DNA from: Candidatus Woesearchaeota archaeon
GTDB taxonomy: Archaea > Nanobdellota > Nanobdellia > Woesearchaeales > UBA10216
Direction of reading: 5' to 3'
DNA length: 46,718 bases
Assembly: GCA_018303115.1 (NCBI GenBank)
Contig: JAGVYT010000043.1
Location: forward strand, 1-46,718
Part shown: positions 39,761 through 46,718 of the stretch, piece by piece
How the letters are laid out: each line of letters begins with the position of its first letter
How positions within the stretch are numbered: position 1 is the stretch's first letter
Program-made: the position numbers and the translations under genes
Notes under the pieces: generated by a model
Told to the model about the DNA's origin: nothing
Database searches by the model: none
Seen by the model: the letters and a program-made list of their open reading frames with translations, nothing else

Positions 39761-41949
39761 TCCTTATACTCCGAATCCACAACCCTCCTTATTTCAGCGG
39801 CTTTCCTGTCCCCTACCAGCTCGGCTCTCTTAAGCTTGTCCTCCTTTGCATTGATTATCCTTTTGATAGTCTTAAATTGTTTAAGCAACGATTTGGCTAT
39901 CGCAGATTCAACACCAGGCAATGCCGAGACTAAATACTCCTGCTGCTCTTTCAAAGTTAGCGGCTTCGCGCTGTGCAGCCGTATGTCATCATAGCCTTTT
40001 TCCTGCTCCCTCCTTGCTATGGCGATAAGTATTTCAGCAGTCTCCCTGTAATCAGCGGTTTTCAGGAGTGGAATCCCGAAATCAACAGCTATTGTGGCAA
40101 GCATGCCCCTTATGGCGTTGGGATGAACTTTTCTCACAGAATAAATGTCATTGGAGCCCTCAATTATCACCAAAGGCCTTTCATACGCCCTCTTAAGCTC
40201 CTTAAGCTGCTGCAACAACCGCCCATCAATTATTGAGCTCACGAAATCCTCCACAGTTTTTATCTCGACAGCAACCCTGCTGCTGCACAGGTAATCCCCT
40301 ATTGGCAGGGATTTCAGCTCAACCGACACCCCTTTGTCAGAAAGCTCTTTTGCTACAGGCCCTTTTTCACGGTAATCAGCGAAAATTTTCATTGACTTGC
40401 TGTTTTTGTCAACATAATTAATAAGCGTATCCCTTTTTTTATCCAGTTTTATTCTGCTCTTAAGCTCATTAAGTATGCGGTGCATCCTTTTTTCCTTGTG
40501 GTATGCAACCCACCTGAAAGCCTCATCCCTTGTATTCCTCGTAACCAAAACTATCACCCTGCCTTTTTCCTGTCGTCCGGTGCGGCCGCGTCTTTGTATA
40601 GACCTGATAGCAGAAGGTATTGGCTCATAGAATATAACCGTGTCAACCTTTACTATGTCCAACCCTTCCTCCCCGATTGAGGTTGCTACGAGAACATTAA
40701 ACTCGCTGTTTCTAAACCTGTCCAGTATTGCTTTCTGTTCTTTCTGGCTCAGCCCGGTAGCCCCTTTTTTTGCTTGGCCTACAAATATTTCCGATTTAAT
40801 GCCAATCGCGTCAAGGTCTTCCTTTATTTTCAATGCAGAATCCCGGTACTGGCTGAAAACAATTATTTTGGACACCCCTCTTTTTATCTCAGCAGATATT
40901 ATGCCTTTCAACTCTTCCAGCTTCGGATGGTCAACTTTTTCTTCGTATAAAGCTGATGTCTTGGTTATAGATGCCTTGAAGTTCCCGTCTGCCAGAAGAT
41001 TTTTCAGGGCTTTCACTTTACTGGTTTTGCCTTCTTCCTGCAGCCTCTGGAAATACTTGTAAAGCGGGCTTATTCCCTGCGTTTCCAGCAGCTCAAGAGC
41101 GTGGCCTGCCTTCATGGCTTCTGCAAGCAATGAAACTGACCTTAGGAGCATAAAGTCCTTTTCACCCTGTGCAAGCCTCCCATGCAAGGCGCTCTGCAGT
41201 TTCAGAAGCTCACTTTTTGTCAGCCCGAATGTTGTGCTTATGTAGCCGAACTTTTTAACAGCATCAAGCTTTGACTTTATGCATAGCTGAAGGCTTTTTC
41301 CCACATCAGCAAACTTCTCAGGAAGGTCAACTTTTACATACCCCACTTCCATTTCCTGGATGTAAGGCTTAACATCAGAATCTTCCTCTTTTCGAACCTC
41401 TATCTCTTCTATCATAAGGTTGCTGCACACTTCCATAATTTTTTCAACATCACTTCCCGGCGAAGCAGTCATCCCTGCTATGCGGGGGAACTTTGCCTCA
41501 TTGAGGTATTTTTTGGCTATCCACACGTAGCTGTAATCCCCAACAGCCCTGTGTGCTTCATCAAAGCCGATAAGGCTGACGTTTTCCAGGCTTATCTTAC
41601 TGCTTATAATGTCATTCTCAAGGCCCTGCGGAGTGCTGAATATTACTGTCGATGATTCCCAAAGCGTTTTCCTTTTTTCAGGCTTTACAAACCCGGTCAT
41701 TATTGCCATCTGCCTTTCGTCAATCTCAAAATGCCTCCTGAAAACTTCAAAGTACTGGTCTATCAGCGGCTTTGTCGGCCCAATAAGCAGGATTTTGCTC
41801 CCAGGATAGTTCTTAAGCCTGTTGGCTGCCAGCATGAGAAATATGTTGGTTTTGCCAAGCCCTGTGGGAAGAACTATCAGCGTGTTATGTTTTGATGCTG
41901 TGGCAAGTATTGTTTCCTGGTAAAGCCTCGGCTTAAAATCCTTAATCAT
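39754..41949 (-). CDS. hef: Hef-type helicase-nuclease (SF2 helicase + ERCC4/XPF nuclease domain + HhH2)
   Basis: Track ORF trimmed to ATG 41949 (MIKDFKPRLYQETI). Helicase motifs: PTGLGKT, DEAH, SIGEEGLD and QRRGRTGR. C-terminal ERCC4 domain: IGDYLCSSRVAVEIKTVEDFVSSIIDGRLLQQ. Confidence 0.88.
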   Translation of the reverse strand: MIKDFKPRLYQETILATASKHNTLIVLPTGLGKTNIFLMLAANRLKNYPGSKILLIGPTKPLIDQYFEVFRRHFEIDERQMAIMTGFVKPEKRKTLWESSTVIFSTPQGLENDIISSKISLENVSLIGFDEAHRAVGDYSYVWIAKKYLNEAKFPRIAGMTASPGSDVEKIMEVCSNLMIEEIEVRKEEDSDVKPYIQEMEVGYVKVDLPEKFADVGKSLQLCIKSKLDAVKKFGYISTTFGLTKSELLKLQSALHGRLAQGEKDFMLLRSVSLLAEAMKAGHALELLETQGISPLYKYFQRLQEEGKTSKVKALKNLLADGNFKASITKTSALYEEKVDHPKLEELKGIISAEIKRGVSKIIVFSQYRDSALKIKEDLDAIGIKSEIFVGQAKKGATGLSQKEQKAILDRFRNSEFNVLVATSIGEEGLDIVKVDTVIFYEPIPSAIRSIQRRGRTGRQEKGRVIVLVTRNTRDEAFRWVAYHKEKRMHRILNELKSRIKLDKKRDTLINYVDKNSKSMKIFADYREKGPVAKELSDKGVSVELKSLPIGDYLCSSRVAVEIKTVEDFVSSIIDGRLLQQLKELKRAYERPLVIIEGSNDIYSVRKVHPNAIRGMLATIAVDFGIPLLKTADYRETAEILIAIARREQEKGYDDIRLHSAKPLTLKEQQEYLVSALPGVESAIAKSLLKQFKTIKRIINAKEDKLKRAELVGDRKAAEIRRVVDSEYKDQ

Positions 41950-41994
41950 GCGAAAAAACAGAATAAGCGGCAGCATAAATATTTATGCAAAAGC

Positions 41995-42324
41995 CTATTG
42001 CGCCAATTTCAGAACCTTGTTCGTTGCCGCAATTACCGCAATAAACAGCACTGTAATTACCGCCCAGTTTCCTGCCTTGTGCCCAATAACGTAACCAGTC
42101 AAAAAAGCAAAAGCCAGCACATAGTAAGGAAACCTGTTCCCTTCCTTGCTTGTGAATAAAAAATGCCCGAGTATCAACGCTGCAAAAAAAACAACGGCAT
42201 AAGCAACCCATTGGTTAACTATTATGGCAGAGAAAAGAAAGCTGAGTAAAAGAATTGCGACAAATAATAAGGCCATCCAGTTTGTTATAAAGTCAAACCC
42301 CTTCCTGTTAAGGTCTGGAGTCAT
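41995..42324 (-). CDS. hypothetical small membrane protein (3-4 TM)
   Basis: 109 aa, almost entirely hydrophobic helices. Confidence 0.5.
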   Translation of the reverse strand: MTPDLNRKGFDFITNWMALLFVAILLLSFLFSAIIVNQWVAYAVVFFAALILGHFLFTSKEGNRFPYYVLAFAFLTGYVIGHKAGNWAVITVLFIAVIAATNKVLKLAQ

Positions 42325-42373
42325 ATTTTCCTCCCCATAAACCTTATAAACAGGACGAGAGCTCTAATTTAAA

Positions 42374-42643
42374 ATGTTTTTGCTATGGATAATGCCGGTG
42401 CTTGACTTGATAGCCACTGTGTTTATGCTCCTGCTTCATTACGGCATCCTTCAATGGAAAGCTGTTTTCCCATTTGCAATGTACCTTGTGCTAAAAGGCG
42501 TTGCCTTCAGGGATATCGCAAGCATTATGGACATGGTAATCGGGCTTTACATTCTTGGCATGATCGCTTTCGGATTCCACACATTTATAGTTTACATAGC
42601 AGCAGCTTACCTCATACAGAAAGCGCTGTTCGGGTTTTTCTAG
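42374..42643 (+). CDS. hypothetical small membrane protein (3 TM)
   Basis: 89 aa, hydrophobic helices; divergent from the preceding gene. Confidence 0.5.
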   Translation: MFLLWIMPVLDLIATVFMLLLHYGILQWKAVFPFAMYLVLKGVAFRDIASIMDMVIGLYILGMIAFGFHTFIVYIAAAYLIQKALFGFF

Positions 42644-42673
42644 CTACTGATAATACTGCACATTACACTACTG

Positions 42674-43426
42674 CTACCAGTTCCCGAAAATCCTTTCAAT
42701 AACACGGAAGTAAATGAAGGAGTATGCAACCGCTATAACAAAAGCGCCCAGCACAGCCATCCACCATGTTATGCTTGGAAAAAGAAGAAGCACAGCAGCG
42801 CCTATTATGGCAGCCATTGCAAAAGGATACAAGTGCCTTGACGAGTACATCACATGGGCGCCGTCAAGCGGCGGAATAGGAAGCATGTTTGTTATTGAAA
42901 AAAGAACATTAATCAAAACAAACTTTGAAATAAACGCTTCAGGCAGGAAAACAAAGTATTTGAAAACCATGGCGGCAGCAAGGTTTGCCAGAGGGCCTGC
43001 AACTGCAACCTTGCCGTTGTCAAAGTAACCAAGGTAATGCCTGAAATACCCTAGCCTGTGCTTTTCCTTCATGTCAAGGAAGAAGCTGCCATAAGCAAGG
43101 AAGATAACCTTCCCATAAGACATAAACGCCAATATCAAGCCTCCAAGAATGCCGAAAAAAAACGGGCGAAATTCAATCCTGTAGCCAAGGTTTGGGCCTG
43201 CAATCCTGTGGGCAGACTCGTGGATAAGAACAGCTATCGCAACCACTACAAGGCTCATCAGCATATTTGCCAGGTAATTTGCAAGGTTGAACTGTTCGCT
43301 GCCATCGTCAAACCCAACTATTACAGTCAATGCAAGCACGCTCACGCCAAGCCACATAAGCTCCTTTTTGGAGAAAGGGGCGTAGCGCCTTACCTTGTCC
43401 ATCCAGTTGAAAAAGCCGTAGTCCAT
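42674..43426 (-). CDS. site-2 protease family (M50) membrane metalloprotease
   Basis: HESAH (HExxH) in a TM helix and the S2P motif NMLPIPPLDGAHV (NxxPxxxLDG). Confidence 0.85.
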   Translation of the reverse strand: MDYGFFNWMDKVRRYAPFSKKELMWLGVSVLALTVIVGFDDGSEQFNLANYLANMLMSLVVVAIAVLIHESAHRIAGPNLGYRIEFRPFFFGILGGLILAFMSYGKVIFLAYGSFFLDMKEKHRLGYFRHYLGYFDNGKVAVAGPLANLAAAMVFKYFVFLPEAFISKFVLINVLFSITNMLPIPPLDGAHVMYSSRHLYPFAMAAIIGAAVLLLFPSITWWMAVLGAFVIAVAYSFIYFRVIERIFGNW

Positions 43427-43480
43427 ACTGTTTCCCTAATGCACGAAGACGTTTTTAAATGCTTCGGTAAGAAATAAAGA

Positions 43481-44203
43481 TTATCCAAAGCTAAAGCTGT
43501 AAGTCGTTCCTTTCTTAAGCTTTTCCCTGATTAATGCTGCTAGCTCTGCCTCATGACCTGCCCCAACAACCGCAAGAATTTTGCTGTCAGGGTTCTTATT
43601 CATTATGTCAACCAAAACAACAGCCATGTGCTCGTTTCGCTCTTCCACCAGAACCCTGTAAAAATTAGGGTAGCGCATCCTTACCAGCTTAAGAACCTTC
43701 ACTATCCACTTTTCGCTTGGAACCTTTCTTAAATCCATTTTTCTGAATTCTTTCATCTCGCCTGAGAAAGGCCCTCTTAAAACGTCCAGAACAAACCACA
43801 ACCTCTCCTTCCAGCTCAGGTTCTGCGACAGCCTTTTCATGGTTATTTCTATATCCCTGTCTATCAGGGCAATCCTCAATTTTTCCTTTATCGCGGCTTT
43901 TAATGCTGTTCTCATCTCAGAACCGGGGTCAATGCCAACTAATTTCCCAAGTCTTTTCTGAAGAAAACCCGCGATTATGAAAAACAGAAAACCCTTAACA
44001 CCCAATGCCCTTACCATCCTGAGGGAATGCCTTTTTCTTATGTTATGCAAAAGCGCATGAGCGCGTCTCCTGTCGAGCTCAATAGCCACTATTTCCGGCT
44101 TATTCTTTTTTATATAGCCCTCTACCGCGAGAACGCTCTCCCTCGCTATGTGCGAAGTGCCTATAATCACGAGATTCCTTGCGTTCATAACTAAAACATT
44201 CAT
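43481..44203 (-). CDS. TraB/PrgY-family protein
   Basis: IIGTSHIARESV...PEIVAIELDRRR at the N-terminus and VVGAGHEAEL near the C-terminus, typical of the TraB family. Confidence 0.75.
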   Translation of the reverse strand: MNVLVMNARNLVIIGTSHIARESVLAVEGYIKKNKPEIVAIELDRRRAHALLHNIRKRHSLRMVRALGVKGFLFFIIAGFLQKRLGKLVGIDPGSEMRTALKAAIKEKLRIALIDRDIEITMKRLSQNLSWKERLWFVLDVLRGPFSGEMKEFRKMDLRKVPSEKWIVKVLKLVRMRYPNFYRVLVEERNEHMAVVLVDIMNKNPDSKILAVVGAGHEAELAALIREKLKKGTTYSFSFG

Positions 44204-44345
44204 GGATATTTCTATAAAAACTTATTCTGAAACTGTCATCACTAGTTATAGACAATGAAATTTTTGAAATACAACCTGTTCATGAAAAAATTTATATAGA
44301 ACAGATATTGTAACCGGTTTGTAAAATTTTTGGGAGGTAATCCAC

Positions 44346-44633
44346 ATGCTTAAGCTAAAGCGCATAACCGAGACATACAACATGAAGGTTTTCACCGATT
44401 CCGGCGATTACTTCGGGGATGTTGAGGAAGCTATTCTCACAAAGACAAAAGTAACAGCCTGGAGGGTAAAGGCAACAAAAACCTCTGCTTTGAACAAGCT
44501 TCTCGGAAGCGCAAAAGGCGTAATAGTGCCCCACCAGTTCATAAAGTCAGTTGGGGACGTCATAATAATATCAAAATCGGCAATACCAAGCTACGGCGAA
44601 GAAATGCCTGCAACGCAGGCTATGCAGCAATAG
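44346..44633 (+). CDS. PRC-barrel domain protein
   Basis: MKVFTDSGDYFGDVEEAILTKTKVTAWRV...IVPHQFIKSVGDVIII. GGGAGGT SD upstream. Confidence 0.7.
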   Translation: MLKLKRITETYNMKVFTDSGDYFGDVEEAILTKTKVTAWRVKATKTSALNKLLGSAKGVIVPHQFIKSVGDVIIISKSAIPSYGEEMPATQAMQQ

Positions 44634-44741
44634 GCAGCGCTGCTTCTCCAACCCCCTAAATTCTACTGCCGTTAAGGCGGGCTGCTGCCAGTATAGTGCC
44701 GAAACCAAAGTTTTTTAACTTACCCGACTTTCCTGATTTCT

Positions 44742-45047
44742 GTGAAAGGGCTGACAAAAGGAGCGGTAATGGGAAGGCTCAAGAAGGTTAACGACCCTGA
44801 ATTAGGCGTGAGCATTGTAGACCTTGGGCTGGTTTACGATGTCAAAATAGACAATGGAATGGTTGTAGTAAAAATGACTTTAACAAGCCCTGCATGCCCT
44901 GTAGGCCCCTTGATTATCCAGTCCGTTGAAGAAGCTGTCAGAAAAGTCAAACAAGTCAAAGGCGTCACAGTAAACATAGTCTGGGAGCCTCCCTGGAACA
45001 CTGATAAGATATCAGAAGAAACCAAGATGGAACTGGGGATAAATTAA
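44742..45047 (+). CDS. DUF59 (MIP18/SufT-like) Fe-S assembly-associated protein
   Basis: VNDPELGVSIVDLGLVYDVKIDNGMVVVKMTLTSPACPVGPLI. GTG start in the track; ATG 44769 is an alternative. Confidence 0.85.
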   Translation: MKGLTKGAVMGRLKKVNDPELGVSIVDLGLVYDVKIDNGMVVVKMTLTSPACPVGPLIIQSVEEAVRKVKQVKGVTVNIVWEPPWNTDKISEETKMELGIN

Positions 45048-45053
45048 GCTTAT

Positions 45054-45124
45054 GCGGCAGTGATCTAACGGCATGATTCGAGCTTCCCAAGCTTGCTGTC
45101 CGGGTCCAATTCCCGGCTGCCGCA
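45054..45124 (+). tRNA. tRNA-Gly (anticodon CCC), no intron, CCA not encoded
   Basis: Folded by hand. Acceptor GCGGCAG/CTGCCGC plus discriminator A. Anticodon stem CGAGC/GCTTG with loop TTCCCAA. T stem CCGGG/CCCGG. The D stem is weak (ATC/GAT plus a T-T mismatch). The T loop reads TCCAATT rather than TTCRAAT. Confidence 0.75.
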
Positions 45125-45280
45125 TGTCAAGAACACCCGGGCTGAAGCCCAGGGCGTGTTCTTGAGCACGCTCAGAGGCGCTGTATGCTAACTGCCCACT
45201 AAAGTGTCCTCACTTTGTTCGGGACTTGCCTTCGCTACGCTTGGCAAGTAAGTAGATTGCGCATCAGCGCTTCTGATGTT

Positions 45281-45937
45281 TCAAACTTTAAAAGCAGACT
45301 GGCAGATTTTGTTGAGGAAGCAACCAGCACAATTCGGCTTGCGGGCGTGGCACACTGTCCTTCCGTGCCGTATAGTCATCAATGAAAACCTGTCCCAATC
45401 CCTTCTGGGAATAAGCTTCATCATGTCCTGCTCTATCCTGACCGCATCCCTGTTTCTTGTGAGGCCCCATCTTTGCGTCAGCCTGATGCAGTGGGTGTCA
45501 ATGGCTATGCCGTCAATTATCCCGTATGCCCTGCTTAAGACTATGTTGGCTGTCTTCCTAGCAACTCCAGGCAGCTTCAGCATGTCTTCCATGTTGTCTG
45601 GAACTCTCCCATTGAAGTCCTTTTTAATCATCTTAGCAGAGGCAGTAATGTTCTTTGCCTTGTTACGGTAGAATCCGGTGGACCTTACCTCTTTCTCAAA
45701 AATCTTCAAGTCAGCCTTTGCAAAATCATTGACAGTTTTATATTTCTTAAACAAGCTACCGGTAACAATGTTCACTCTTTTGTCTGTGCACTGGGCAGAC
45801 AATATTACTGCAACTAGGAGTTGCATCGGGTTGTCGTGCCTAAGCGCAATCCCGGACTTGGGATAGTTCTTTTTCAGCAACCATGATATTTTAGCTGCGC
45901 GTTCTTTCGCGTCCATTCTACCTTTTCCTCCCGACAA
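45281..45937 (-). CDS. nth: endonuclease III (HhH-GPD DNA glycosylase/lyase)
   Basis: HhH LPGVARKTANIVL, a catalytic-region Asp, and the C-terminal 4Fe-4S motif CHARKPNCAGCFLNKIC (C-x6-C-x2-C-x5-C). Confidence 0.92.
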   Translation of the reverse strand: MSGGKGRMDAKERAAKISWLLKKNYPKSGIALRHDNPMQLLVAVILSAQCTDKRVNIVTGSLFKKYKTVNDFAKADLKIFEKEVRSTGFYRNKAKNITASAKMIKKDFNGRVPDNMEDMLKLPGVARKTANIVLSRAYGIIDGIAIDTHCIRLTQRWGLTRNRDAVRIEQDMMKLIPRRDWDRFSLMTIRHGRTVCHARKPNCAGCFLNKICQSAFKV

Positions 45938-46673
45938 AAATAAACCCTCCTGAACGGAAGTATTTTAGGAAGGAACTTTTTAAAACCTCATCCTGGTCAG
46001 GGCCTTTTAGGTAAAACTCCCTTTCAACCCTCAACCCTGCTCTTCTCATCAAGTTCCTCAACTCGTCAGGCATAAACCAGTGCATGTAAGCCTTATTGAA
46101 AGAGTTGCTGTGGCAGTAAACCACGTCGCCAAGTTCAAACTTGTCCGGACGTAGCAACCTGTTTTTTATTGCCGCCAATATGCTTATTGCATAGCCAAGT
46201 TCTGTAAGTTCAAAAAAGTTGTGAGCATGAATAAACACATAGCCGCCTTTTTTTACAACGCGCGCAAACTCATTCATCGCCTTCTCCCTTTCAACTCTGC
46301 GGTATACCGAGCCGATTGAAGCGCCCATGCATAGGACATAGTCAAAATAGCCGCTTTTTATCGAGGAAAGATTTCTCATGTCATGGTTTGTGAACCTTGC
46401 CTTGCCCCTGCCAACATACTTCCTCGCCGCTTCAATCATATGAGCATTGAAGTCATTGCCCCAAACCTCAAAGCCCCTTTCTGCAAAATACTTCACATGC
46501 CTTCCAGGCCCCATTGCTGCGTCAAGAATCCTGCCCTTTTTTGTTATTATGCTTTCAAGTATAATTGTGTCAATCTTAAACATACCTTCCATCTCTTTCT
46601 CTTCCATAAAGAATTTCTCAGCATAGCTTATGCTTGTCCTTTCCTGGTCGGCTATCGCCTCTATGTCCACCAC
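45918..46673 (-). CDS. class I SAM-dependent methyltransferase
   Basis: Motif I ILDAAMGPGRH with the acidic loop WGNDFN. Overlaps nth by 20 bp. The start (GTG 46673) is uncertain. Confidence 0.8.
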   Translation of the reverse strand: MVDIEAIADQERTSISYAEKFFMEEKEMEGMFKIDTIILESIITKKGRILDAAMGPGRHVKYFAERGFEVWGNDFNAHMIEAARKYVGRGKARFTNHDMRNLSSIKSGYFDYVLCMGASIGSVYRRVEREKAMNEFARVVKKGGYVFIHAHNFFELTELGYAISILAAIKNRLLRPDKFELGDVVYCHSNSFNKAYMHWFMPDELRNLMRRAGLRVEREFYLKGPDQDEVLKSSFLKYFRSGGFIFVGRKR

Positions 46674-46718
46674 GCTTCGCCATGCTGTTACGGCGAGTTT
46701 ATAAATTTTAGCAGCAGT

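Noticed and set aside
45276-45866. Plus-strand ORFs 45276-45671 and 45678-45866
   Set aside because: They are antisense shadows of endonuclease III, which carries unambiguous HhH and 4Fe-4S motifs on the minus strand.
1-46718. CRISPR arrays, rRNA genes, transposases/integrases, prophage or known defence-system genes
   Set aside because: No regularly spaced direct repeats were seen. Beyond the RelE-like remnant there are no nuclease/ATPase/methylase clusters. No rRNA-like conserved stretches were seen. The window is dominated by housekeeping operons.

Overview
Archaeal core-genome window on one contig. eS4, eL32, eL19, eL34, eL14, aIF1/SUI1, TFE, Hef, Pelota, PriS-type primase and an A-type ATPase are all present. 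Layout, left to right:
- a pilin-like gene fragment and a large orphan membrane/TPR/kinase-like protein
- htpX, an SDR, tfe and a small Toprim protein
- a fused PriS-PriL-type primase, broken by an exact 77-bp tandem duplication
- the long ribosomal-protein operon rpl3...rpl15-secY-DUF106 (7.8-21.9 kb)
- a small decayed toxin-antitoxin islet, then rpl34e-rpl14e
- pheT/pheS, a TrmB regulator, pelota and three orphan genes
- RNase P RNA (31223-31532)
- a complete A1Ao ATPase operon atpHIKECFABD (31.5-39.8 kb)
- hef, small membrane proteins, an S2P/M50 protease, TraB, a PRC-barrel protein, DUF59, tRNA-Gly(CCC), nth and a SAM methyltransferase

No CRISPR array, rRNA, transposase or recognisable defence system was found.

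The most unusual signal is non-genic. Short hairpin-rich insertions sit exactly on the start codons of rpl24, rps8 and atpB, inside otherwise tightly packed essential operons. Each insertion duplicates the initiation region. Each is spanned by a micro-ORF that starts at the duplicated ATG and stops on, or 1 nt before, the genuine start codon (ATGA overlaps). Translational coupling therefore looks preserved.

Two of the three sites share a repeat family with core CTCACTNNCGTTCGTAGC and terminal inverted repeats AAAATGAAAGC/GCTTTCATTTT. A second family of long pyrimidine/purine hairpins populates the promoter-proximal spacers at 0.8 kb and 5.8-6.1 kb.

The usual adk, cmk and Rpp29 operon slots are empty, the primase is fused, and orphan genes are many. 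Together these suggest a reduced, DPANN-like archaeon. That placement is inference only.
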